From: the human T2T-CHM13v2.0 reference genome, Homo sapiens
Direction: 5' to 3' (one strand)
Length of the DNA: 64,000 nt
NCBI RefSeq assembly: GCF_009914755.1
Contig: NC_060934.1
In this document: piece by piece, positions 1 to 12,798 of the stretch
How the letters are laid out: each line of letters begins with the position of its first letter
How positions within the stretch are numbered: the stretch's first letter is position 1
Notes under the pieces: generated by a model
Told to the model about the DNA's origin: nothing
The model's input: the letters and a program-made list of their open reading frames with translations, nothing else
The model's database searches: none
Made by a program: the position numbers and the translations under genes

Positions 1-169
1 AGCCCTGACGCAATGCAGGCATCAGAAACTCAAGCCATACAAAAGTCTATCTCCCTGCCAAAGCCTGCTCTCCCTCTAGAATTTCTTCCAGGTACCCAGG
101 CTTGGGTTCTACTTCATCCATTCCCCCATTTCCCCTGGCACATGGAACAACGAGAGACTAGAGATGAAG

Positions 170-490
170 CCAGAAACTACATTTCACAGCCTCTCTTGCA
201 GCTGGGTGTAGCCACGTGACTATGAGCAACTTCTTTCTCACCTGTTTGAAAGGACACTGTGCGCTTCTTCCTCCCTCTACCCTTCTGTGGCTGGAATATG
301 CCCAGATTTGATCACAAGAATGAGCACAATATCCTAGGGGACAAAGGAGCTCCAAGATGGAAAGAATCTGGGCCCCTGAATGACATCATGAAGCAGAGTA
401 GCCACAGAGACCATTACCTGAGAGAGAAATGTCTTTCTGATTTAGGTCCCTGTATTTGTTTTACCATTGCATAGCCCAATACCTGAGTCT
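170..490. mobile_element. Old MaLR (MLT1-type) LTR fragment
   Basis: ACATTTCACAGCCTCTCTTGCAGCT...GCCACGTGACT resembles the MLT1 internal motif; similar copies lie near 5250 and 26790. Confidence 0.45.
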
Positions 491-499
491 AAAGGCCTC

Positions 500-1110
500 A
501 GGATTTTCTTCGCCTTCCTGCTGTCCATTCCAGCTCAGCCATTCACCAGGTAGAGTCCATTCATTCTACCTTCTCACTGCTTCCTGGAACTGTCCTTGCT
601 TTGCTTGTCCTGCAGCTTCTCCCTTGTTTCCAGCTCTCACTTTCTCCCTCTTAACTACAAGACCTCCACATTGGTTTCTTTATATCCAGTCTCTCATTGT
701 TCCATCCCATAATGTTCTTCCTCTGGTCAAAGACCTCCAATGGCTCCCTATTGCTTATTGAAGAACAAGACATGATCTTTCCTGCTTCCATCCCTTTGAT
801 CCTGCTGGTCCTTCCTCCTGGATCCCCACATCTGCCATTTTCTAGCCATCAAATGCCTATTCATCATCCAAGCCCAGATCAAGTGCTGCCTCCTCCCCAA
901 TGACTTTCACATGTTTCTACTGGAGTTCATCCTGGGCCTCCACTGATTATATCCCTCATCACAGCCCGCCTTAAGGCAACAGTTGTCTCCATGACCCACT
1001 AGACTGGACAGTAAGTTATTTGAGGGCAGAGACCCTGTCCTAGTCATCTTCCCATTGCCTCCACGCCTAAGATAATGCTGTGCATGCAGCAGGTGCTCAG
1101 TATGTGCTTG
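500..1110. mobile_element. L2 LINE fragments
   Basis: L2-like phrases CTCCAATGGCTCCCTATTGC, GAGGGCAGAGACCCTGTC and CAGGTGCTCAGTATGTGCTTG. Confidence 0.5.
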
Positions 1111-1364
1111 CCAGTGAACACTCACTTTCCATAGCTGGAGGCTCACAACTCTGTCTGGGCACTGTTCTTGGCACAGGTGATCAGGGTTGTCTTCCCTCTG
1201 GCCTTGAGGGCTTCCCCGGAGAATCCCGGAATAACTGAAGGGTGCTGTCCTCCTCACACTTCCCTGGGGCCTGGGGAAGGAGCAGCTGTGAACATTCTGT
1301 TTGCTCTGAGTGCAGAATCTGTGAGTGGAAGTGCACAGGTTTTATTGGCTAGGGCTTTAGAATG

Positions 1365-1580
1365 AGACAGACCCAGCTTTGAATTTCAGCCCCACCACTT
1401 TTTAGCTGTGGGACTTCAGGCATACTGTTTAACCTCTCTGAGTCTCAGTTTTCTCTTTTGTAACATGAGGTTACTGTAGCTACTTATCTCCTACAGGTCT
1501 TGTGAGGATATAAAAAGATAATGTAGAGAAAGCACTACATACAGTATTTGGCACAAATAAAGTGCTCACTAAATGGTATC
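1365..1580 (+). mobile_element. MIR SINE
   Basis: MIR core AACCTCTCTGAGTCTCAGTTTTCTC...TGTAA and tail GGCACAAATAAAGTGCTCACTAAATG. Confidence 0.65.
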
Positions 1581-2277
1581 GATAATCATAATCCAATTTC
1601 CTTCCTGATATTCTATCTGGTAAGAGTGGATCAGGGCAGGTTTCACACTAGGCCTGGTCCACTGGAATCCTTGTTGTCAGATGGAGGTTTCTCTGTGGAC
1701 ATGGGTCAGAGGATGTGCCTTGTCACAAATGAGTTGAGTTAGGGCTGGGTTTTGCTGGGTGCTCCCAGAAGGTGGAGGAGAGGGAGCAGGGCTGGTGTCC
1801 AATGGGGTGAGGGTGAGGGGCTGGCTGTTTGCTAAGCCCAAAGTGGCTGGGTTAAACCATATCTGGCTGGCAGGAGCCTATAGCCAATGGTACAATGTCA
1901 GGGGTAAGATGTGGCAGACTTCAGGGGCTTCCAGGCAGCCGAGGGCTCTCTGCATCAGATGGGCTGCCAGAATCATCCCACAGTGCTCAGTTTCCTCTGG
2001 TGTAAAGGATCTGGATCTATGTGGGAGGAGGGGTCCAGGACCCCACATGAGCAGGCTTGGTTTCCAGCAGAGGAGAGGTACTGAGGGCAGTTGGAAGTGG
2101 CCCACATACAGTGGGGTCAGAGAGGAAGATTACACTCACCCTAAATACCCTACATGCTAATCCTGGGGACAGCAGACCATGTCCAAGTCCTCCTCACTGG
2201 CAGGGGGCGGCCACTGATTCGGGGCCTAGACAGCTGGATCTGCAGTTTGCAGCCATTTGGACTAGAACAGGTGGGGC

Positions 2278-2485
2278 CAGTGGTGAGCTGGTAAATGGTG
2301 AACAAACAGCTCTTTGGTTGCGGGGGAATCTTTCATTTGTAGTACTTGCCCATTGCTGTGGTATAAATACTCCCACCATGGCTGATTTCAAGCCACTAAC
2401 ATAACATCACTGAGTGAGGAGTTGGGAAGAGATGTGCACATATGGCTGTTGGGAGCCAGTAGGAGCTGATTCCAGCACACCACTG
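2278..2485 (-). mobile_element. MER63A-like hAT DNA transposon (MITE) with terminal inverted repeats
   Basis: TIRs CAGTGGTGAGCTGG (2278-2291) and CCAGCACACCACTG (2472-2485); degenerate 8-bp TSD GGTGGGGC/GGTGAGGT; internal ATACTCCCACCATGGCTGATTTCAAGC. Confidence 0.75.
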
Positions 2486-2589
2486 GGTGAGGTCTCACAC
2501 CTGCATTTGGGGAGAAAGGCAGGTATCTGTGGCTTCAGTGTACGGAGAAATAAAGGTCACTATGCAGTGTAGCAAAGAGTGAAAGGCAC

Positions 2590-2800
2590 AAGAATAATAG
2601 ACCCTGGAGCCTCATACACTATAACAAATCCCAGCTCTGCTACTTCTTGGTTGTGTGGTTTTGGGCAAGTCACTTTGCCGCTTTGTGCCTCAGTTTCCCC
2701 ATCCATAAAGTGGGGCTAATGATAGTGCCTCCTTCATAGAGTTCCAGTGAGGTTGCACAAGTGTACACTGGGCTGTAGTGGGTTGACAGAAATGTTACTT
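2590..2800 (+). mobile_element. MIR SINE
   Basis: AAATCCCAGCTCTGCTACTT...TTGGGCAAGTCACTT...GCCTCAGTTTCCCCATC. Confidence 0.7.
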
Positions 2801-3497
2801 ATTGCAGTTGATCACACAGAGTAGTTGGAATGTCTCATTGGTCAGAATAATTTATAAAGGAAAACCCAGAGCCCCTCAGGGCATGTCCAAAGGCCCTGCT
2901 TTTTTATCTTTAAAATCTTGGATTTCCTTCAAGGTCAAGGATTTAAAATCTGCAGGCCCATGAACTACATGAAATTAAGTTTCCCACATTAAGCATGTGG
3001 ACTCATTTCTGTAAAGAGGGGCCACAGCTTTCATTAATTGTCAAAAAAAGGTTGAGGTTTCTGCATCCTTCCCTCAACCCACAAAAGGCTTAAGAACTGC
3101 TGATGTGGAGCGTGTAGAATTCCCACACCCTAGGAATTGCCTAATTGCCCCAGAAGGGTTTTGGAGGAGAGGAGATGTTTGTAAAGTGTATGAAAGAAAA
3201 ATGGCAGAGATGGAGAGACACACAGAGAGTCAGCCGAGAATTCTGAGATGTCTCTTCCTTGTTGAGACCTAAGGCTGGAGGAATCTTCCAGCAACGGGAC
3301 AACCAAAAGGCTCACATTCATACTCAGTGCCCCTCCTGGTTCCTGCATTCTCCTTACTCCCTCTAGTTTCCCAGGGGTCTCCTCTTCTCTTCTCCAAGTC
3401 CCCCTCTCCTCCCAGTGCCCTCTTGGACCCAGTATAGGTGTCCGCTGGGCCACCTCTTTGTAGGTGCCTAGAGGTAGGGTTAAAAGTCGCTCACATG

Positions 3498-3806
<309 letters not shown>

Positions 3807-3892
3807 TCACATGTTGCTAAGATTCAGTGGCACCATTTGTCTTCTTTATGGTTGGATTTTGTTTCTTTCAGGTTTCTGTAGTTACACTATAA

Positions 3893-4229
<337 letters not shown>

Positions 4230-4309
4230 ATTTCTTTTTTTTTTTAATCAGTAACATGGAAGCAGGAGGCAGGTAGGTTTAATATGCTACTGCCTTTCCA
4301 CCCAGCTTT

Positions 4310-4535
4310 GCTTTTCTCCTTTTTTCCTCTTCTTCCTCTTTATTTCCATCTCTCTTTCCCAATATAATTCTTCTTCCTCTTCCCCTCCTCTTCCTCCTCC
4401 TTCACTTCCTTGTTCTTCCTCCCTCCTCTTCCTCCTCTTCCTCCCCCTCCTCCTCTTCCTTTTTCTCCTCTTTCTTCTTCCCTCCTCCCCCTCCCCCTCT
4501 TCCTCCTTCTTCTCATCCTCCTCTTCCTCCTCAGG
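4310..4535. repeat. CT-rich low-complexity polypyrimidine tract
   Basis: About 220 nt of (CCT/CTT)n-like sequence. Confidence 0.9.
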
Positions 4536-4827
4536 GCCAATCCTACTCTACATCATTGCATTGTACATTGATAGGCACCTAAAATTCAACTGAATTGCAC
4601 CAACTCTGAATTACTACTTCTGAGGGCTTCTCCAGTAGCACCCCTGCCCACTTTATCAACAAGAATTTGTGTTTAAAAGGCAGAAGTCACCATCCTGTGA
4701 CCCACCAAAGGTCGGCAACAAGAGGGCTCTCTCTTGACTCTGGTTCTGGGTGACACCACTCGTGGGGTGCGGGGGAGTCTGCCAATATTCTATTCCTACT
4801 CCTGCCCCTCTTAGTAACAAAGCCCTT

Positions 4828-5203
4828 TGTGTTAGTCAACTTGGGCTGCCAGACAAAATACCATAGACTGAGAGGCTTAAACAACAGAAATTTATTCTCA
4901 CAGTTCTGGAGGCCAGAAGTCCAAGATCAAGGTGCTGGCTGATTCTGTTTCTGGTGAGGGCTCTCTTCCTGGTTTTTAGATGGCTGCCTTCTTACATGGC
5001 CTGTCTTCTATGCATTGGTTGGGGGTGGGAGGTTGGTGGTGTCTCTTCCTTTTCTTAGAAGGCCACAAATCCTCCCAGATTAGGTTCTACCTTTATGACT
5101 TCATTTAACTTTACCTTCCTAACAGCCCTATTTCCAAATACAGTTACATTGGGGTGTAGAGCTTCAAATGAATTTTTTGGGGGACACACTTCAGTCCATA
5201 GCA
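4828..5203 (-). mobile_element. MLT1A-like solo LTR (ERVL-MaLR)
   Basis: TG...CA ends (reverse complement begins TGCTATGGACTG); CTCACAGTTCTGGAGGCCAGAAGTCCAAGATCAAGG; 5-bp TSD CCCTT/GCCTT. Confidence 0.85.
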
Positions 5204-5229
5204 GCCTTGAGTTTATCTGAGGTGGCAGT

Positions 5230-5625
5230 GTACCCAACTAAACATGACATTTCCCAGCCTCTCTTACAGCTATATGTGGCCAAGTGACTCAACTCTACAC
5301 AATGAGGTGCAGGCTGAGGAGCGGTGTGGTATCCAGGAAGACCTATTCAAAGGGAGAGGGTCCCTTTTACCTCTTGTTCCTCTTCCTGTGGTTTGGAATG
5401 AGCTGATGGTGCCTGAGCTCAAGCAGCCATCTCGGACTCAGAGATGACGTAAGGATGAAAGCTTCCTGGGTTGGCAGAACTGAAGACAGAAGGACCCTAG
5501 GTTCTTGGTGACCGAGGGCTCCCCCAAGCCTGGACTGCCCACCTCTAGTCTGGGAGAATATCTATCTTCCATAAGCCACTATTTAGGAGTCTTTGTTATT
5601 GTCAGCAAATGCTATTTCCAGCTGA
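5230..5625. mobile_element. Old MLT1-type LTR fragment
   Basis: ACATTTCCCAGCCTCTCTTACAGCT ... GCAGCCATCT ... TAAGCCACT...TTTGTTA. Confidence 0.5.
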
Positions 5626-6879
5626 TGCATGGAAGCTCCCCTGGCCCTGAGTTTTGAGCTTCAGGCAAAGACATTCAAAGTTCCTCTAAGGCCACTGCTA
5701 CTTTTTCTCCTACCCTCCCTTCTTTGGAAGCATAATTTTATCCAAGAGTTCCCGATTCATGCACATTTGTCCTCCTTCTGTCTTTTGTTTTTTTTTCTTT
5801 CCTCTGCTTTCTCCTCTCTCCCTCCCTCTCTTCTTTCCTTCCTTTTCCTTCCCTCCTTCTAATATTTATTGAGCACCTACTATGTTCCAGGTACCGTGCT
5901 AGCTGCCATGATTAGAAGTAGGTATAGGAGATAATCCCTTCTCCCCAGTAACCCAGAATCCAGGCTTTCTGGACAACATAAAGAGAATATGATGGCAGGA
6001 TAGATCAAAGGAAAGGACATTAAATCCGATAAAAAGGGCCTGGGGCGTTCCAGAAGGAGGTCACACTTGGCCTGAGATCTAAAGTAGAACTTTTGTGTTG
6101 CTGGTAATGAGGAAAAGAGGGTGGAGGACAAAATCCCAGGCACAGGGACCAGCACAGTGTTACTTTATTCGGCTTCATCACCTGTAAAATGGGGACAGTA
6201 ATAGTAACATGAATAAGTGAATGGATGGACTAGTAAGTGTGCAGTTCATGCTACTTTTTAATATTATTCTTGTTGGCAATGTGCTGTTCACCCTGGTAGG
6301 CACAGCCCTGTATCAGTTTTGGAGACAAGCTTCACAGAGGACATGTGACTTACTTGTCCATGGTCACACAACTATAAAAAGGCACTGCTCAAACCCAAGT
6401 GTCCTGGTCCCTGGTACAGTGACCTTTATATCTTTACCCTCTGCCTTTGCATTAAGTGCTGAGGGAATGCAAAGTGAGGGAAAGATCGGTGTGTGGTGGG
6501 GGGAAAATCTAGAGGGCTTCCTGGAAGAGGAGATTTTTGAGAGCATTTTGGTAGAAAGGGAAAAAGGAAGGCATTCCAGGGAAGGAGTGTATGATGGGTG
6601 CCATCCATCAGGGTGTTGGAGGATGGGCTGGGGGGCTAGCTGGCTGGCAGAGGATTTGAACTCTGAAGATTGGTGAGACACGAGGTAGAGCAGGCAAACA
6701 GGCAAAATCAGAGGATGAACCATGATTACAGGCACCCTGATGGCCAGATTGTGGAGTGAAGCTCTAAGCCAGTGGGCCACAGGGAGCCACAGGAAGTTCT
6801 TGAGCAAGAAGGCTGGTCAAAATGAAATGAGACTTTGGGGAGAAAGGAAAGAAAGAAACAAACTTGTCTTTACTAAGAA

Positions 6880-7085
6880 CCAGTATGAACTAGGCAGTAG
6901 GTTGGCCATTTTCAAATTTATTACTTAATTTGAGCCTCACTACAGCCCCATTAGGTTGGTATCAATGTCCCCATTTCATAGATGAGAAAACTGAGGTCAA
7001 GAGAGACTCAGCCTTAGATATGAGTCAGTGGTGGAGCTAAAAGATAGGTTAGACTGAACCTAAATCTGTGCTTTTTCCACTGCAC
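6880..7085 (-). mobile_element. MIR SINE
   Basis: CCCCATTTCATAGATGAGAAAACTGAGG core. Confidence 0.65.
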
Positions 7086-7626
7086 CATGTGGCTTTATGC
7101 TGGTCTCACTCTAGGAATATTTCTTGTACTGTGAGTGTCCCAACTAAGGCATTTCCTAGCCAGGGCTAGAGTCTTTTAATAGCCCAGATACCCCCTGGGC
7201 TCACTCTGGGTCACACTGGGCATAGAGGCCTTAGTACCTTCGGGAGTTTTGGGGACTCCCAGCATGGGGTAGGATTAAGTGCTTGGCTTCCAGGTCTGAA
7301 AGAAGTAGGTTCAAATCCCAGCTATACTGTGCATGAACTGGAGAGTAATATGCTTTAGTTCACAGAGCCTCAACCCAGGTGGGGCAGCGGGATGAGCCCT
7401 GGATTGGGAGCCAACCCAAGCATAGGTTGAAACCCTAGCTGGAAGTGACAGGCACTGAGGAGGTGAAATGGTGTCTTTATTATTTCAAAATAATGAGTTG
7501 GAGGGGGTAGCGAGGAAATAAGGTTGCCCATGAGGTGATCATTGTTGAGGCTGGGTGATGGGTTTATGGGGGTTCATTACACTATTCATTCTACTGCTCT
7601 GTTTGAAAAATCTCCATTAATAAATA

Positions 7627-8144
<518 letters not shown>

Positions 8145-8209
8145 TCAAGCCACTGTCTTTCCGCTGCTGAGCCTCAGTCTCCTCATCTGAAAAACGAGGT
8201 GAAGATTCT

Positions 8210-8312
8210 TTTAAGTTCAGGGGTACAAGTGCAGGTTTGTTACATGGGTAAACTTGTGTCATGGAGGTGTGTTGTACAGATTATTTCATCATCCAGGTAT
8301 TAAGTCTAGTAA
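8210..8312 (-). mobile_element. Heavily 5'-truncated L1 3' end inserted in a MIR
   Basis: GGGGTACAAGTGCAGGTTTGTTACATGGGTAAACTTGTGTCATGG is the primate L1 3' terminus; flanked by GGTGAAGATTCT at 8198-8209 and 8316-8327. Confidence 0.8.
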
Positions 8313-9329
8313 TGGGGTGAAGATTCTAATGACCTCATGGAACTGTTGTGAAGTGTAAGTGGGATGATACAGGATCCCATGGGCTGGGCATAGCCCGTGA
8401 CAGATGTGAGCAGGTCAGCCTGGGTTTTCCAGTCACTCTAAGCACCACCAGGCTGCTAGCCACATTCGGTGAGGAACCCTAAGCCAATACGTGCAGCAGA
8501 GGCCAGCCGATGACCTGACAGGGGATAAGTCCCACCTTCTGGGCAACTTTTACGAGTCTTCTGTGTAAGTACTGTGTGCTAACCGATTGCGCTGCTGGAG
8601 CTGCAGCCTTATGAGTTTTCTAAATCACAAGAAGTTCATCACCTAGTGGGGCTTTTTTATCTGCCTTTCCTCACTGCTTAAAGACCAAGCCCACATCTTT
8701 CCTTCTCCTGTCTGCTGTCGGAGCATAAGTGTGTGCCACACGTGACCAGGTGTGGCAGAGTCAGAGCAGGGGGTGGCTTCTGTGGAAGTAGGAGTGAAAG
8801 TGTGGAAACAAGTGAGTGCGTGTGTTGACAGGCATCTGCATTTGTGTTAGTTGTGCTTACTCAGAGGTCCACAGGCTTGTGGCAGATTTCAGAAGCTGGT
8901 CCTTCTTCAGCAGCTCTCTCGGAGGCACACCTCCCTGATCTGCATCTATGCGGAGTTACCCAGCACAAGGACACCAGGGTCGCTGTGTCACCACCAGAGG
9001 CACAGGTAGGGGGATAAGATTGGATGGTGGGGGAAAGGCCTGGGCCTTATCCGCCAGCCCTGCCACTGGCCTCCAGGACTTAGCCTCGGTTTCTCAAACT
9101 GTGTCAGGGACGAGTAAATGGGATGAGCAGCCCTTGGCAAGGAGTGGGCGCTAGGAAATCATCAGTGAAGGAGGGAGTGAATGAATGCAGGCCTGTGTGG
9201 CGACTGCTTCAGCATGGCAGACAAGGTGACGTATCAGAGCCTTGAGGGTGGGAGCTCCCCAGGTTGGGAAGGGACAGACACGTGGGCCAATCCTCTGGAC
9301 AGGAATAGAGAACGAGGAGGAAACAAGCG

Positions 9330-11850
9330 CAGAAGCTGGAGCGGGTGGAGAAGAGCAGGGGAGACGGTTCGCAGCAGGAGAAAAGAAGCGAGGAGTCACA
9401 GGGAGGGGCCTCCTGGACACCGCTCCCAAAGCCACGCGAAAGTGGAAGCGCGGGGCCTCGGGATGCCCATCCAGCCGGCTGCCCGCGCGCTGGCCGGGGT
9501 TCCAGGACTCCTTCCTGCTCCGCCGGGCTCTGCAGCGCCGCCTGGTGGACACGCGGCGCTCCGCCCGGGCTCCAGCCGCCAGCCGGCGCGCCGGGGATCC
9601 CGCGGCTGTTCGGGAAAAAGCTGGAGAGAGTCGGGGGGCGCGCCTTGGGGAGGGGCATTTGTCCCTCCGAGGAGGCTCGCACCTCGGCCTGGACACGCAG
9701 CAGATACTGGCACCCACCCTTCACTTACCGCGCGCCCGGGGTGACTCGGATCCGTCCAACACGTCGGGGAATCCTTTCTGTCCTCACCCCCGGGCGCCCC
9801 AGCGCCAGAACGCTGCTGCCTCTGTGTAGCTGCTCCCGGAAGGAGTTTCATCAAACTTTTAAGGGGCTTTGGTTTTGGGTTGTGTTGATAAAATACCAAG
9901 AAGGGGCATGAAGGCACGAACGTCCCGGGTTCGTCTCCCTGCTGGTCCCAAGCCTGAATCCCAGGGCGGGGGAATGTCTAGGTCCTTCCGGGCCGGCAAG
10001 GTGTGGTCGCTCAGGGACCCCTGTCCGAAGACGCTAGGGAAAAGAGGCACAGCCTGTGGGTCGCAGTGGCCAGGAGCGCGTGGCCGCTGCTGGTGAGAGA
10101 GTGGTAGACGCCTGGCTTTCAGGTCCTGAGCTGCGGGCACCGGAGCGTGGGACCCCGGCTGCAGCACCGCCACGCGCTCCCGCCCTCCCACCTGCAGGGC
10201 GGGGGATGTCTGTCCAAGAGGCCGGGGCGACAAGCCCGCCGGCCAGGATTCTCAAGGAACCAGGCCCAGCTCAGCCTCTCTCGGCGGGACCAGAGTGGGA
10301 CCGGGGCCGCGGCGTCCGAAGACGCTGCGGGCCAGGGGTCCTCCTCGGCGCCAGCTCCGTTTCCTGGGGTCTCGCGACGTCCGGACATCAGGGTCGGGGG
10401 TGTGGAGACGGCGGCGGAGCCAGAGTCCCCACCAAGTCAGTTCCAGGAGGCGGCCCGCGCGCTTCCCGCAGTGTCCGGGAGGTCGCTGGGGGTGGCTTTG
10501 CGTGCAACCCGGGTAAAGGCCCTGCAGCCGTGAGGCTGGCGCTGGGAGGAGGGTGGAAAATCTCAAAGTCACCAATCCCGGTGCAAATGGCGGCAGGGGC
10601 CGCGGGCTGTCGGACGCAGGCGAGAGGCCAAAGGCTGACTTCGCGCGGCCGTGAGTCCCCAGAGGCAACAGGGGTACCTGAGCGCCGAGGGGATCCCGAG
10701 ACTCGGAGAAACCGGAAGAGCCTGACCCCAGGGAGCGGAGAGTTTGGGGTGCGCTCTCAGAGCTGTGACTCCACGGTCCCGGAATCCTTGGAAAGGGCGC
10801 TCTGGGCTCAGAGCTCCCAACTAGCCGGAGGACCTGGGCTAGCGCCCAGGCCTGGAGCGTCTGGGAGGGGGCGCTGGGTCTCGGCCCCCCTCCCCCCAAA
10901 AGGGACTGAGACTTTTTTCTGCGTGCTTCCTTCGGCGCTTCGGGCAGCTCTGTCCTGCGGCCCAAGCTGGGGAGAAGACAGCGGCCCGCGCCACAGGGAG
11001 CTGCGCCCGGACCCAGACTCCCGCCGCGCTTCTGCAGAGCGGAGCCCTAGGTGCCCACCTGGTAGCCCCAGAAAGGCCGGACCTGGGCGCCGGGACGCTC
11101 GCGGGGCCGCACTTGGAGGGGCTTTCCGGGTCCTGGCCGGGCGGGCTCTCCTGCGGCGCGGAATGGAATAGAGCGCCGGCTGCAGAGCCACCCGGACGGG
11201 GAAAAGCAGCGGTGGCGCCGGCCAGCCCCGGGTCCCGACTCTGGAGGGAGGAAGGAGCGGGCGGGTGGGGGTGGGGGTGAGGGCGAGGGTTGCGGGGAGC
11301 GTTTAGAAGGCCCTGGGCAGCCAGAAGAAGAAAAGAGGACGCACTCTCCCCTAGGGACCAGAGGGTCCCTGCGTACTCCCCCCAGGCCCGGGACACAGGT
11401 TCCCCCAGCGCCCCTCCGCCTCCCAGTCTATTCGGCTTGCCCCAGCGCGCTGCCCCACGTCCCCGAGGCCCCGGCCCAGGCCCAGCCGGCGAGTCCCGGC
11501 CTGCTCCACTCTGCACAAAACGAAACCCAAATGCCCAAAAAGCTCAGGAGGGAAATTTAACAAAAACCCTGTCCCCCGCCCCACACCCCCTTTCACTTTT
11601 AACAAGCCAGCTGCCAAGAGAAAATTGAAATAAAAACGAAATGATAGATAGCGGAGGACACTATTTTCCAAATGGTGAAATATCCTCTAAAAATATGTTC
11701 CCCAAGGCCAACTTCGCGGCTGGTAGCCCCTTCCGACGCCTTTGCCTCCCAGAAAATCACAACAAAGCGATCGGAAATTCGGCCACGGTCCCGGGAAGAA
11801 GGAGTAGCAGTGAGGCCCCGGAACCCACTGCGGCCGAAACTGCCATGCTC
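9330..11850. promoter_or_regulatory. CpG island downstream (3') of ZNF503
   Basis: Very high GC and CpG density, no repeats, no credible ORF. Confidence 0.8.
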
Positions 11851-11893
11851 TCTTTAACCAAAATAAAAAAGATAAGAAGAAGAAGTAAAACCC

Positions 11894-11923
11894 TTTAATA
11901 CATCAAATATACGGAATTTTAAT
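11894..11923 (-). terminator. ZNF503: Distal polyadenylation signals (two ATTAAA)
   Basis: Plus-strand TTTAAT at 11894-11899 and 11918-11923, with a U-rich element downstream. Confidence 0.65.
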
Positions 11924-12326
11924 CTTTAAAGCGATACATTGTCTATTATTTTAGTACATGACGTAAACCTTGTCCCCTTCTCAGCGGGTGGACTTAAAAA
12001 TTAAAAATAGTTAAGTGTTCCTTTTAAAGAACAAAATAAGGCAAATGAGGTTTTGGAATAGAATTTTTTCTTTTTCTTTTTTTTTTTGTTGTTTTCTTCC
12101 AGAATACATACAAAAAAATACCCATTCTCTTCGATGGTATACACCTTAAAAATAATTGCAATTTGAAATCAGAGCTGACAAATTGTGACTTTTTTTTTCA
12201 TTTTTTTTGTAACAAACATGCATGTAAATTTGTGTTTCAATCAGACATTAAATAACGTACAATACAATCATAGCAATTTTAAAGTAACATTAAAGAGAAG
12301 ACCTCTAGTTCTGTGGCGGTTTTGCT

Positions 12327-12332
12327 TTTATT
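12327..12332 (-). terminator. ZNF503: Candidate proximal polyadenylation signal AATAAA
   Basis: Plus-strand TTTATT at 12327-12332. Confidence 0.5.
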
Positions 12333-12798
12333 TATAATCTACAAGGGATGGGAGGGTTTGTTTTCCACATTTTTACCCTCAAGTTTTAAAATTTTTCCCA
12401 CCTCCTTTTTACCTACAGAGCTCAAACTAAATAATGCACTTTTGAACCACCGGTCCGCTTGGAGCTAACATAAATAAATACCAGTGTCCACCGATGCAGT
12501 CCTCAGATGAACACTTTCTCAATTATTTTTTCCTTTTTTTTTCTATAAAAAGTCAAATGATATTTTTTCAACTTTTATAAAGTTTGGGTGGGGAGGTGAA
12601 AGTGGGGAGAAGGGGAGTGTCCCACCGGGTCTCGGTCGCTGCTGTCGGGTAGATAGATACGGTATACATTTCTTTCCTTTCGTGGCCCGAGTCCTCCCCA
12701 CGCGCGGGTGTCAGCAGCCTGGGCCGTGATCCCGCCTCTCCCTGGACTCCTCCCCTCCCCCTCTCCCTCCTCTCCCTCGCTCGCCCTCCCGGCCGCCC

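Larger units (their letters stand above)
11880..12798 (-). other. ZNF503: ZNF503 3' UTR (AU-rich; 3' end approximate)
   Basis: AT-rich stretch after the TGA, ending at ATTAAA signals followed on the minus strand by a U-rich tract (11860-11890). Confidence 0.75.

Noticed and set aside
4340-4540. Arg/Gly/Glu-rich 66-aa ORF
   Set aside because: Translation of a CT simple repeat
9151-11671. Many long overlapping ORFs including the 371-aa ORF at 10056-11171
   Set aside because: Stop-codon scarcity in a CpG island; open in several frames on both strands, mostly non-ATG starts, low-complexity G/R/P/A content, no domain
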